Shown: positions 1 to 14,800, counted from the stretch's first letter. The stretch: DNA of 64,000 nt from Nemertoderma westbladi (GCA_032718475.1 JAUCBJ010005935.1:62001-126000); one strand, 5' to 3'. Made by a program: numbers and translations. Notes: generated by a model not told the origin, from the sequence alone.

Positions 1-3000
1 TAATTCAACATGGAGTGAAGGTATATCACAGCAAGGGCGGGGAAGTTTTGTTGTATATGGAGTTGGTGTAGGTGTCGTGAATGTAGCTGGACATGATGTC
101 GCTTTATATGTTGTTGGACAAGATACAGGTGTCGTTGTAGTTGTTGATTCAATGCAGTCTATTATTACATTGACTGATCCATAACTATTGCAGTTATTGT
201 TTGAGAATTTAAGTTGTAAATAAAACTCTTTAGTATCAAAACAGTCAAGCTCTTTCTTCAAAATTATTATGTAGTCTTTTATTGCGAAATAATTGTTCTT
301 TGGATCAGGGTTTATGAGATAAACAGATGGCAGTTTTCCTTGAAAGACAGTTGATATGTCCAATAATGATGTTGATGGGGATGAATTTTCTGGAATATTT
401 AATTCAGCATGGAGTGAAGGTATATCACAGCATGGGCGGGGAAGTTTTGTTGTATAGGGAGTTGGTGTTGGTGTCGTGAATGTAGCTGGGCATGATGTCG
501 CTTTATATGTTGTTGGACAAGATACAGGTGTTGTTGTAGTTGTTGATTCAATGCAGTCTATTATGATGTTTATTGAACCATAACTATTGCAGACGTTGTT
601 TGAGAATTTAAGTTGTAAATAAAACTCTTTGGTATCAAAACAGTCAAGCTCTTTCTTCAAAATTATTATGTAGTCTTTTATTGCAAAATAATTGTTCTTT
701 GGATCAGGGTTTATGAGATAAACAGATGGCAGTTTTCCTTGAAAGACAGTTGATATGTCCAATAATGATGTTGATGGGGATGAATTTTCTGGAATATTTA
801 ATTCAGCATGGAGTGAAGGTATATCACAGCATGGGCGGGGAAGTTTTGTTGTATAGGGGGTTGGTGTAGGTGTCGTGAATGTAGCTGGACATGATGTCGC
901 TTTATACGTTGTTGGACAAGATACAGGTGTAGTTGTAGTTGTTGATTCAATACAGTCTATTATGACATTGACTGATCCATAACTATTGCAGTCATTGTTT
1001 GAGAATTTAAGTTGTAAATAAAACTCTTTGGTATCAAAACAGTCAAGCTCTTTCTTCAAAATGATCATGTAACCCTTTATTTCAAAATAATTGTTCTTTG
1101 GATCAGGGTTTATGAGATAAACATATGGCAGTTTCCCTTGAAAGACAGTTGAAATGTCCAATAATGATGTTGATGGGGATGAATTTTCTGGAATATTTAA
1201 TTCAACATGGAGTGAAGGTATATCACAGCATGGGCGGGGAAGTTTTGTTGTATATGGAGTTGGTGTAGGTGTCGTAAATGTAGCTGGACATGATGTCGCT
1301 TTATATGTTGTTGGACAAGATACAGGTGTAGTTGTAGTTGTTGATTCAATGCAGTCTATTATGACATTGACTGATCCATAACTATTGCAATTATTATTTG
1401 AGAATTTAAGTTGTAAATAAAACTCTTTGGTATCGAAACAGTCAAGCTCTTTCTTCAAAATTATCATGTAATCCTTTATTTCAAAATAATTGTTCTTTGG
1501 ATCAGGGTTTATGAGATAAACAGATGGCAGTTTTCCTTGAAAGACAGTTGATATGTCCAATAATGATGTTGATGGGGATGAATTTTCTGGAATATTTAAT
1601 TCAGCATGGAGTGAAGGTATATCACAGCAAGGGCGGGGAAGTTTTGTTGTATATGGAGTTGGTGTAGGTGTCGTGAATGTAGCTGGACATGATGTCGCTT
1701 TATATGTTGTTGGACAAGATACAGGTGTAGTTGTAGTTGTTGATTCAATGCAGTCTATTATGACATTGACTGATCCATAACTATTGCAGTTATTATTTGA
1801 GAATTTAAGTTGTAAATAAAACTCGTTGGTATCAAAACAGTCAAGCTCTTTCTTCAAAATTATTATGTAGTCTTTTATTGCAAAATAATTGTTCTTTGGA
1901 TCAGGGTTTATGAGATAAACAGATGGCAGTTTTCCTTGAAAGACAGTTGAAATGTCCAATAATGATGTTGTTGGGGTTGAATTTTCTGGAATATTTAATT
2001 CAACATGGAGTGAAGGTATATCACAGCATGGGCGGGGAAGTTTTGTTGTATATGGAGTTGGTGTAGGTGTCGTGAATGTAGCTGGGCATGATGTCGCTTT
2101 ATATGTTGTTGGACAAGATACAGGTGTAGTTGTAGTTGTTGTTTCAATACAGTCTATTATTACATTGACTGATCCATAACTATTGCAGTCATTGTTTGAG
2201 AATTTAAGTTGTAAATAAAACTCTTTGGTATCAAAACAGTCAAGCTCTTTCTTCAAAATTATTATGTAGTCTTTTATTGCAAAATAATTGTTCTTTGGAT
2301 CAGGGTTTATGAGATAAACAGATGGCAGTTTTCCTTGAAAGACAGTTGATATGTCCAATAATGATGTTGATGGGGATGAATTTTCTGGAATATTTAATTC
2401 AGCATGGAGTGAAGGTATATCACAACAAGGGCGGGGAAGTTTTGTTGTATATGGAGTTGGTGTAGGTGTCGTGAATGTAGCTGGACATGATGTTGCTTTA
2501 TATGTTGTTGGACAAGATACAGGTGTAGTTGTAGTTGTTGATGCAATGCAGTCTATTATGACATTGACTGATCCATAACTATTGCAGTTATTATTTGAGA
2601 ATTTAAGTTGTAAATAAAACTCTTTGGTATCGAAACAGTCAAGCTCTTTCTTTAAAATTATCATGTAATCTTTTATTTCAAAATGATTGTTCTTTGGATC
2701 AGGGTTTATGAGATAAACAGATGGCAATTTTCCTTGAAAGACAGTTGATATGTCCAATAATGATGTTGATGGGGATGAATTTCCTGGAATATTTAATTCA
2801 GCATGGAGTGAAGGTAAATCACAGCATGGGCGGGGAAGTTTTGTTGTATAGGGGGTTGGTGTTGGTGTCGTGAATGTAGCTGGGCATGATGTCGCTTTAT
2901 ATGTTGTTGGACAAGATACAGGTGTTGTTGTAGTTGTTGATTCAATGCAGTCTATTATGATGTTTATTGAACCATAACTATTGCAGACGTTGTTTGAGAA

Positions 3001-6000
3001 TTTAAGTTGTAAATAAAACTCTTTGGTATCAAAACAGTCAAGCTCTTTCTTCAAAATTATTATGTAGTCTTTTATTGCAAAATAATTGTTCTTTGGATCA
3101 GGGTTTATGAGATAAACAGATGGCAGTTTTCCTTGAAAGACAGTTGATATGTCCAATAATGATGTTGATGGGGATGAATTTTCTGGAATATTTAATTCAG
3201 CATGGAGTGAAGGTATATCACAGCATGGGCGGGGAAGTTTTGTTGTATAGGGGGTTGGTGTAGGTGTCGTGAATGTAGCTGGACATGATGTCGCTTTATA
3301 CGTTGTTGGACAAGATACAGGTGTAGTTGTAGTTGTTGATTCAATACAGTCTATTATGACATTGACTGATCCATAACTATTGCAGTCATTGTTTGAGAAT
3401 TTAAGTTGTAAATAAAACTCTTTGGTATCAAAACAGTCAAGCTCTTTCTTCAAAATGATCATGTAACCCTTTATTTCAAAATAATTGTTCTTTGGATCAG
3501 GGTTTATGAGATAAACAGATGGCAGTTTCCCTTGAAAGACAGTTGAAATGTCCAATAATGATGTTGATGGGGATGAATTTTCTGGAATATTTAATTCAAC
3601 ATGGAGTGAAGGTATATCACAGCATGGGCGGGGAAGTTTTGTTGTATATGGAGTTGGTGTAGGTGTCGTAAATGTAGCTGGACATGATGTCGCTTTATAT
3701 GTTGTTGGACAAGATACAGGTGTAGTTGTAGTTGTTGATTCAATGCAGTCTATTATGACATTGACTGATCCATAACTATTGCAATTATTATTTGAGAATT
3801 TAAGTTGTAAATAAAACTCTTTGGTATCGAAACAGTCAAGCTCTTTCTTCAAAATTATCATGTAATCCTTTATTTCAAAATAATTGTTCTTTGGATCAGG
3901 GTTTATGAGATAAACAGATGGCAGTTTTCCTTGAAAGACAGTTGATATGTCCAATAATGATGTTGATGGGGATGAATTTTCTGGAGTATTTAATTCAGCA
4001 TGGAGTGAAGGTATATCACAGCAAGGGCGGGGAAGTTTTGTTGTATATGGAGTTGGTGTAGGTGTTGTGAATGTAGCTGGACATGATGTCGCTTTATATG
4101 TTGTTGGACAAGATACAGGTGTAGTTGTAGTTGTTGATTCAATGCAGTCTATTATGACATTGACTGATCCATAACTATTGCAGTTATTATTTGAGAATTT
4201 AAGTTGTAAATAAAACTCGTTGGTATCAAAACAGTCAAGCTCTTTCTTCAAAATTATTATGTAGTCTTTTATTGCAAAATAATTGTTCTTTGGATCAGGG
4301 TTTATGAGATAAACAGATGGCAGTTTTCCTTGAAAGACAGTTGAAATGTCCAATAATGATGTTGGGGTTGAATTTTCTGGAATATTTAATTCAACATGGA
4401 GTGAAGGTATATCACAGCATGGGCGGGGAAGTTTTGTTGTATATGGAGTTGGTGTAGGTGTCGTGAATGTAGCTGGGCATGATGTCGCTTTATATGTTGT
4501 TGGACAAGATACAGGTGTAGTTGTAGTTGTTGTTTCAATACAGTCTATTATTACATTGACTGATCCATAACTATTGCAGTCATTGTTTGAGAATTTAAGT
4601 TGTAAATAAAACTCTTTGGTATCAAAACAGTCAAGCTCTTTCTTCAAAATTATTATGTAGTCTTTTATTGCAAAATAATTGTTCTTTGGATCAGGGTTTA
4701 TGAGATAAACAGATGGCAGTTTTCCTTGAAAGACAGTTGATATGTCCAATAATGATGTTGATGGGGATGAATTTTCTGGAATATTTAATTCAGCATGGAG
4801 TGAAGGTATATCACAACAAGGGCGGGGAAGTTTTGTTGTATATGGAGTTGGTGTAGGTGTCGTGAATGTAGCTGGACATGATGTTGCTTTATATGTTGTT
4901 GGACAAGATACAGGTGTAGTTGTAGTTGTTGATGCAATGCAGTCTATTATGACATTGACTGATCCATAACTATTGCAGTTATTATTTGAGAATTTAAGTT
5001 GTAAATAAAACTCTTTGGTATCGAAACAGTCAAGCTCTTTCTTTAAAATTATCATGTAATCTTTTATTTCAAAATGATTGTTCTTTGGATCAGGGTTTAT
5101 GAGATAAACAGATGGCAATTTTCCTTGAAAGACAGTTGATATGTCCAATAATGATGTTGATGGGGATGAATTTCCTGGAATATTTAATTCAGCATGGAGT
5201 GAAGGTAAATCACAGCATGGGCGGGGAAGTTTTGTTGTATAGGGGGTTGGTGTTGGTGTCGTGAATGTAGCTGGGCATGATGTCGCTTTATATGTTGTTG
5301 GACAAGATACAGGTGTTGTTGTAGTTGTTGATTCAATGCAGTCTATTATGATGTTTATTGAACCATAACTATTGCAGACCTTGTTTGAGAATTTAAGTTG
5401 TAAATAAAACTCTTTGGTATCAAAACAGTCAAGCTCTTTCTTCAAAATTATTATGTAGTCTTTTATTGCGAAATAATTGTTCTTTGGATCAGGGTTTATG
5501 AGATAAATTGATGGCAGTTTTCCTTGAAAGACAGTTGATATGTCCAATAATGATGTTGATGGGGATGAATTTTCTGGAATATTTAATTCAGCATGGAGTG
5601 AGGGTATATCACAGCATGGGCGGGGAAGTTTTGTTGTATAGGGGGTTGGTGTAGGTGTTGTGAATGTAGCTGGACATGATGTCGCTTTATACGTTGTTGG
5701 ACAAGATACAGGTGTAGTTGTAGTTGTTGATTCAATACAGTCTATTATGACATTGACTGATCCATAACTATTGCAGTTATTGTTTGAGAATTTAAGTTGT
5801 AAATAAAACTCTTTGGTATCGAAACAGTCAAGCTCTTTCTTCAAAATGATCATGTAATCCTTTATTTCAAAATAATTGTTCTTTGGATCAGGGTTTATGA
5901 GATAAACAGATGGCAGTTTTCCTTGAAAGACATTTGAAATGTCCAATAATGATGTTGTTGGGGTTGAATTTTCTGGAATATTCAATTCAACATGGAGTGA

Positions 6001-8820
6001 AGGTATATCACAGCAAGGGCGGGGAAGTTTTGTTGTATATGGAGTTGGTGTAGGTGTCGTAAATGTAGCTGGACATGATGTCGCTTTATATGTTGTTGGA
6101 CAAGATACAGGTGTAGTTATAGTTGTTGATTCAATGCAGTCTATTATGACATTGACTGATCCATAACTATTGCAGTTATTATTTGAGAATTTAAGTTGTA
6201 AATAAAACTCTTTGGTATCAAAACAGTCAAGCTCTTTCTTCAAAATGATCATGTAATCGTTTATTTCAAAATAATTATTCTTTGGATCAGGGTTTATGAG
6301 ATAAACAGATGGCAGTTTTCCTTGAAAGACAGTTGAAATGTCCAATAATGATGTTGTTGGGGTTGAATTTTCTGGAATATTTAATTCAACATGGAGTGAA
6401 GGTATATCACAGCAAGGGCGGGGAAGTTTTGTTGTATATGGAGTTGGTGTAGGTGTCGTGAATGTAGCTGGACATGATGTCGCTTTATATGTTGTTGGAC
6501 AAGATACAGGTGTAGTTGTAGTTGTTGCTTCAATACAGTCTATTATTACATTGACTGATCCATAACTATTGCAGTCATTGTTTGAGAATTTAAGTTGTAA
6601 ATAAAACTCTTTGGTATCAAAACAGTCAAGCTCTTTCTTCAAAATGATCATATAATCTTTTATTTTAAAATAATTGTTCTTTGGATCAGGGTTTATGATA
6701 TAAACAGATGGCAGTTTTCCTTGAAAGACAGTTGAAATGTCCAATAATGATGTTGTTGGGGTTGAATTTTCTGGAATATTTAATTCAACATGGAGTGAAG
6801 GTATATCACAGCAAGGGCGGGGAAGTTTTGTTGTATATGGAGTTGGTGTAGGTGTCGTGAATGTAGCTGGACATGATGTCGCTTTATATGTTGTTGGACA
6901 AGATACAGGTGTAGTTGTAGTTGTTGCTTCAATACAGTCTATTATTACATTGACTGATCCATAACTATTGCAGTCATTGTTTGAGAATTTAAGTTGTAAA
7001 TAAAACTCTTTGGTATCAAAACAGTCAAGCTCTTTCTTCAAAATTATAATGTAGTCTTTTATTGCAAAATAATTGTTCTTTGGATCAGGGTTTATGAGAT
7101 AAACAGATGGCAGTTTTCCTTGAAAGACAGTTGATATGTCCAATAATGATGTTGATGGGGATGAATTTTCTGGAATATTTAATTCAGCATGGAGTGAAGG
7201 TATATCACAACAAGGGCGGGGAAGTTTTGTTGTATACGGAGTTGGTGTAGGTGTCGTGAATGTAGCTGGACATGATGTTGCTTTATATGTTGTTGGACAA
7301 GATACAGGTGTAGTTGTAGTTGTTGATTCAATGCAGTCTATTATGACATTGACTGATCCATAACTATTGCAGTTATTATTTGAGAATTTAAGTTGTAAAT
7401 AAAACTCTTTGGTATCGAAACAGTCAAGCTCTTTCTTTAAAATTATTATGTAGTCTTTTATTGCAAAATAATTGTTCTTTGGATCAGGGTTTATGAGATG
7501 AACAGATGGCAGTTTTCCTTGAAAGACAGTTGATATGTCCAATAATGATGTTGATGGGGATGAATTTTCTGGAATATTTAATTCAGCATGGAGTGAAGGT
7601 ATATCACAACAAGGGCGGGGAAGTTTTGTTGTATATGGAGTTGGTGTAGGTGTCGTGAATGTAGCTGGACATGATGTTGCTTTATATGTTGTTGGACAAG
7701 ATACAGGTGTAGTTGTAGTTGTTGATTCAATGCAGTCTATTATGACATTGACTGATCCATAACTATTGCAGTTATTATTTGAGAATTTAAGTTGTAAATA
7801 AAACTCTTTGGTATCAAAACAGTCAAGCTCTTTTTTCAAAATTATTATGTAGTCTTTTATTGCAAAATAATTGTTCTTTGGGTCAGGGTTTATGAGATGA
7901 ACAGATGGCAGTTTTCCTTGAAAGACAGTTGATATGTCCAATAATGATGTTGATGGGGATGAATTTTCTGGAATATTTAATTCAGCATGGAGTGAAGGTA
8001 TATCACAACAAGGGCGGGGAAGTTTTGTTGTATATGGAGTTGGTGTAGGTGTCGTGAATGTAGCTGGACATGATGTTGCTTTATATGTTGTTGGACAAGA
8101 TACAGGTGTAGTTGTAGTTGTTGATTCAATGCAGTCTATTATGACATTGACTGATCCATAACTATTGCAGTTATTATTTGAGAATTTAAGTTGTAAATAA
8201 AACTCTTTGATATCAAAACAGTCAAGCTCTTTCTTCAAAATTATTATGTAGTCTTTTATTGCAAAATAATTGTTCTTTGGATCAGGGTTTATGAGATAAA
8301 CAGATGGCAGTTTTCCTTGAAAGACAGTTGATATGTCCAATAATGATGTTGATGGGGATGAATTTTCTGGAATATTTAATTCTGCATGGAGTGAAGGTAT
8401 GTCACAACAAGGGCGGGGAAGTTTTGTTGTATACGGAGTTGGTGTAGGTGTCGTGAATGTAGCTGGGCATGATGTCGCTTTATATGTTGTTGGACAAGAT
8501 ACAGGTGTTGTTGTAGTTGTTGATTCAATGCAGTCTATTACGATGTTTATTGAACCATAACTATTGCAGTTTTTGTTTGAGAATTTAAGTTGTAAATAAA
8601 ACTCCTTGGTGTCAAAACAATCTAATTCTTTCATCAAAATTAATATATAGTCATTTAGAGCAAAATAATTATTTTTTGGATCCTGATTTATAATAAATAC
8701 TGAAGGTAGTTGTCCATGAAGCATTATTGATGAATCCAATAACTGTGTTGATGGCATTGTGTTATCTGGGATAGATAAATCAGCATGGAAAGAGGGGAGG
8801 TCGCAGCAGTTTATGGGTAA
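1..8820 (-). repeat. Coding tandem array A: about 22 copies of a 399-bp (133-aa) unit, truncated by the window edge
   Basis: Marker atgtccaataatgatg recurs at 356, 755, 1154 ... 8333 (399-bp spacing, one 396-bp unit with an in-frame 3-bp deletion near 4360), with a diverged copy near 8732. Confidence 0.97.
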
Positions 8821-11800
8821 ATTTGTAGGACAAGGTGTTGGGGGAGGCATTGTTGGTAAAACCTCAAATACTGGACAAATCAATGGACAGAGAGGTTGTA
8901 ACAACATCTCAGAAATAGCTATTGGATATCGATTTGGTTGTAAAATATCAATATCATTGAGTGAATTTCGGAGCTGCACACTGCTTGCAAGTATTGGATT
9001 TGTACCATCAATGATAATTGCCATTAAAATTATTGCATATGTAGACAAAACCTCATTGCAATCAGTGTCATAATGTTGTTTAATTGCATATATAGATGTC
9101 CGAAATGAATTGGGAGTTTCTGCATTAAGCTCTGCCAAGAAGTCTCGTTCCTTGGAAGCAATAACAGATGGGTCTTCTTCTTTTGTAAGCAATATTAATT
9201 GGTAATCTTCATTAGTTACACAAATATCAATATTAACACTATTGCTTTCAGATGTCCCAATATCTGTTGCTCTAGCAACACATTGAAAACATTCACCTTT
9301 TAGTGCTGTAATATAATCTGATGTTCGTAGTATACCAGTTGTTCTGTCAATAGTAAATGACAAACATTTGTTAGAACTAACTAGACTATATTCTGTTCTT
9401 CCATTTCCAACAGTGTCTTTATCACTTGTGGTGAGTGTAGCAATGAAGCTGTGTGGAGCTACACAAGCATCTAAAATGAATTGATATTCGTTATCAAATT
9501 GTGGAGGATTGTCATTTGTATCCAGAATTGAAACATCAATAACAGCTATAGCCTCGCATAATGCTCCAATCAAATTAACTTTAACTATATGCCTGTCATT
9601 GATTTCAAAATCGGAATTAACAATATCAACTGCCTTGTTTCTAACTAGAAAGTTGTTTAAGTCACTTCCACTGCTGACGCTACCAATACTAATACTCTGT
9701 AAAGACCCCAAATTGATATAATCATGGAGTTCCACAAATTGTGTATTTTCTGTTATCTCCACAGCATTATATAAGCCATAACACCAGTCTGGTAGCTGGG
9801 ACGAGCATCTACTGGCACATCTTATGGCATCGTAGTGATCGATATAATTCAAACCATTACTTAGAAGTTCTGCAGTTACATCAGTAAGATCACTACTTAT
9901 TAATGTATATATCTGGTTGGTATTCATGAGTTTGTATTCATCATTAGTAGAAAAGTCACTTAAACGCACTGCAGTGAATTCAACTGTTGTTTCAGCTGTT
10001 TTAAGGACGCAATTCTTATCATACCGCGCATGTGCATTATTTACAATAATATGATTTTGTTTTAAATTTAATGTGTTTGAAAGTATTTGTTTCACTTGTT
10101 CAATCGACTTTTCAACCTCATTCAGTGGATTATTGAAGTGGATGGCAGCTAAATTAGAAGCAGTTTGAACACAAAGATTAGCATTTGTGCGCTTGCTATG
10201 CTCACCTTGATCTACAACTTGTGGTATACATAATTTGCATGCTCCTATTTCACTTTCAACAGGCTCTCTCTCAAGACGAACCATACCTGTTTTATCATTA
10301 ACAGAAAATGGTGCACAATTTGTTAAACTGTATGTGAGTTCATCTAAAGGGTCTGCATCTTGGGCGATAAGTTTAACTACTTCAGTCCCCAATTTATCAC
10401 ATTCATTAGCTACACCAAAAAAGGTATTTTCAGTGAACCGTGGAAATTCATCATTTATGTTTTGTACATTGATAGTCACTGTAGCAAAACGTACACAATG
10501 TTGCAATAAAACTTTGACGCTGAGAATGTATTTAGTTGAACCTTCATCATAGTTAAGTGCAGAAATTGTTACTATTTTATTTGGATTTTCTACACCAAAT
10601 AGACCTTGAATGTCCCCTTTAACAATTTCAATTTCAGTTACACCATCAACATTTATAATCCCAACTTCAGCACCAGCAATATTTTCATCTACCTTGAATT
10701 CTTCATAAATTGCATCTGAAAAGATACATGATACCATTGGAGTTGTAGTAGGGCACTGTATTGGTTCAGCTGTTGTAGTAATTTCAATACAATCAATATT
10801 TATGTTTAATGACCCATAACTGTTACAGTTGTTATTGAACAATTTAAGTTGTAAATAAAACTCTTTGGTATCGAAACAGTCAAGCTCTTTCATCAACAGA
10901 ATCTTATAGTCTTTTACAGTGAAATAATTGTTCTTTGGATCTGGATTTATCAGATAAACAGATGGCAGTTTTCCTTGAAAGACTGCTGATATGTCTAATA
11001 ATGATGTTGATATTGGTGAATTTTCTGGAATAGTCAATTCAGCATGGAGTGAAGGTATATCACAGCATGGACGGGGAAGTTTTGTTGTATATGGGGTTGG
11101 TGTAGGTGTCGTGAGTGTAGCTGGGCATGATGTCGCTTTATATGTAGTTGGACAAGATACAGGAGTAGTTGTAGTTGTTGATTCAATGCAGTCTATTATG
11201 ACATTTACTGAACCATAACTATTGCAATTATTATCTGAGAATTTAAGTTGTAAATAAAACTCTTTGGTATCGAAACAGTCAAGCTCTTTCATCAACAGTA
11301 TCTTATAGTCTTTTACAGCGAAATAATTTTTCTTTGGATCTGGATTTATCAGATATACAGATGGGACTTTTCCTTGAAAGACTGCTGATATGTCCAATAA
11401 TGATGTTGATATTGGTGAATTATCTGGAATAGATAATTCAACATGGAGTGACGGTATATCACAGCAAGGGCGGGGAAGTTTAGTTGTATATGGGGTTGGT
11501 GTATGTGTCGTGAATGTAGCTGGGCATGATGTTGCTTTATATGTTGTTGGACAAGATACAGGAGTTGTTGTAGTTGTTGATTCAATGCAGTCTATTATGA
11601 CATTTACTGAACCATAACTTTTACAGTTGTTGTTAGAAAACTTAAGTTGTAAATAAAACTCTTTGGTATCGAAACAGTCAAGCTCATTCATCAACAGTAT
11701 CTTATAGTCTTTTACAGCGAAATAATTGTTCTTTGGATCTGGATTTATCAGATAAACAGATGGGAGTTTTCCTTGAAAAATTGCTGATATGTCCAATAAT

Positions 11801-14800
11801 GATGTTGATATTGGTGAATTATCTGGAATAGATAATTCAACATGGAGTGAAGGTATATCACAGCATGGGTGGGGAAGTTTAGTTGTATATGGGGTTGGTG
11901 TAGGTGTCGTGAATGTAGCTGGGCATGATGTTGCTTTATATGTTGTTGGACAAGATACAGGAGTAGTTGTAGTTGTTGATTCAATGCAGTCTATTATGAC
12001 ATTTACTGAACCATAACTTTTACAGTTGTTGTTAGAAAATTTAAGTTGCAAATAAAACTCTTTGGTATCGAAACAGTCAAGCTCTTTCATCAACAGTATC
12101 TTATAGTCTTTTACAGCGAAGTAATTGTTCTTTGGATCTGGATTTATCAGATAAACAGATGGGAGTTTTCCTTGAAAGACTGCTGATATGTCCAATAATG
12201 ACGTTGATATTGGTGAATTATCTGGAATAGATAATTCTGCATGTAGTGAAGGTATATCACAGCATGGGTGGGGAAGTTTTGTTGTATAGGGAGTTGGAGT
12301 AGGTGTTGTTAAAGTAGCAGGACATGTTGTTGCTTTATAAGTAGTTGGACAAGGTACAGGAGTAGTTGTAGTTGTTGATTCAATGCAGTCTATTATGATA
12401 TTTACTGAACCATAACTTTTACAGTTGTTGTTAGAAAACTTAAGTTGCAAATAAAACTCTTTGGTATCGAAACAGTCAAGCTCTTTCATCAACAGTATCT
12501 TATAGTCTTTTACAGCGAAATAATTGTTCTTTGGATCTGGATTTATCATATAAACAGATGGCCATTTTCCTTGAAAGACAGTAGATATGTCCAATAATGA
12601 TGTTGATGGGGATGAATTTTCTGGAATATTTAATTCAGCATGGAGTGAAGGTATATCACAGCAAGGGCGGGGAAGTTTTGTTGTATAGGGAGTTGGAGTA
12701 GGTGTTGTTAAAGTAGCAGGACATGTTGTTGCTTTATAAGTAGTTGGACAAGATACAGGAGTAGCTGTAGTTGTTGATTCAATGCAGTCTATTATGAAAT
12801 TTATTGAACCATATCTTTTACAGTTGTTGTTAGAAAACTTAAGTTGCAAATAAAACTCCTTGGTATCGAAACAGTCAAGCTCTTTCATCAACAGTATCTT
12901 ATAGTCTTTTACAGCGAAATAATTGTTCTTTGGATCTGGATTTATCAGATAAACAGATGGGAGTTTTCCTTGAAAGACTGCTGATATGTCCAATAATGAT
13001 GTTGATATTGGTGAATTATCTGGAATAGATAATTCTGCATGTAGTGAAGGTATATCACAGCATGGGCGGGGAAGTTTTGTTGTACAAGGTGTTGGAGTAG
13101 GTGTTGTTAAAATAGCTGGGCATGATGTCGCTTTATATGTTGTTGGACAAGATACCGGAATAGTTGTAGTTGTGGATTCAATGCAGTCTATTATGACATT
13201 TACTGAACCATAACTTCTACAGTTGTTGTTAGAAAACTTAAGTTGCAAATAAAACTCTTTGGTATCGAAACAGTCAAGCTCTTTCATCAACAGTATCTTA
13301 TAGTCTTTTACAACGAAATAATTGTTCTTTGGATCTGGATTTATCAGATAAACAGATGGCCATTTTCCTTGAAAGACTGCTGATATGTCCAATAATGATG
13401 TTGATATTGGTGAATTATCTGGAATAGATAATTCTGCATGTAGTGAAGGTATATCACAGCATGGGCGGGGAAGTTTTGTTGTATAGGGAGTTGGAGTAGG
13501 TGTTGTTAAAGTAGCAGGACATGTTGTTGCTTTATAAGTAGTTGGACAAGATACAGGAGTAGCTGTAGTTGTTGATTCAATGCAGTCTATTATGACATTT
13601 ATTGAACCATATCTTTTACAGTTGTTGTTAGAAAACTTAAGTTGCAAATAAAACTCCTTGGTATCGAAACAGTCAAGCTCTTTCATCAACAGTATCTTAT
13701 AGTCTTTTACAGCGAAATAATTGTTCTTTGGATCTGGATTTATCAGATAAACAGATGGGAGTTTTCCTTGAAAGACTGCTGATATGTCCAATAATGATGT
13801 TGATATTGGTGAATTATCTGGAATAGATAATTCTGCATGTAGTGAAGGTATATCACAGCATGGGCGGGGAAGTTTTGTTGTACAAGGTGTTGGAGTAGGT
13901 GTTGTTAAAATAGCTGGGCATGATGTCGCTTTATATGTTGTTGGACAAGATACCGGAGTAGTTGTAGTTGTGGATTCAATGCAGTCTATTATGACATTTA
14001 CTGATCCATAACTATTACAGTTGTTGTTGGAGAATTTAAGTTGTAAATAGAACTCTTTGGTATCAAAACAGTCAAGCTCTTTCTTCAAAATTATTATGTA
14101 GTCTTTTATAGCAAAATAATTGTTCTTTGGATCAGGGTTTATGAGATAAACAGATGGCAGTTTTCCTTGAAATACTGCTGATATGTCCAATAATGATGTT
14201 GATGTTAGTGAATTATCTGGAATAGATAATTCAGCATGTAGTGAAGGTATATCACAGCATGGGCGGGGAAGTTTTGTTGTACAAGGTGTTGGAGTAGGTG
14301 TTGTTAAAATAGCTGGGCATGATGTCGCTTTATATGTTGTTGGACAAGATACCGGAGTAGTTGTAGTTGTTGATTCAATGCAGTCTATTATGACATTTAC
14401 TGAACCATAACTTCTACAGTTGTTGTTAGAAAACTTAAGTTGCAAATAAAACTCTTTGGTATCGAAACAGTCAAGCTCTTTCATCAACAGTATCTTATAG
14501 TCGTTTACAACGAAATAATTGTTCTTTGGATCTGGATTTATCAGATAAACAGATGGGAGTTTTCCTTGAAAGACTGCTGATATGTCCAATAATGATGTTG
14601 ATATTGGTGAATTATCTGGAATAGATAATTCTGCATGTAGTGAAGGTATATCACAGCATGGGCGGGGAAGTTTTGTTGTATAGGGAGTTGGAGTAGGTGT
14701 TGTTAAAGTAGCAGGACATGTTGTTGCTTTATAAGTAGTTGGACAAGATACAGGAGTAGTTGTAGTTGTTGATTCAATGCAGTCTACAATGATATTTACT

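Noticed and set aside
9010-9050. Possible transmembrane helix VLSTYAIILMAIII
   Set aside because: Too short, followed by more extracellular-type repeats, and positionally equivalent to a predicted beta strand in the first SEA-like module.
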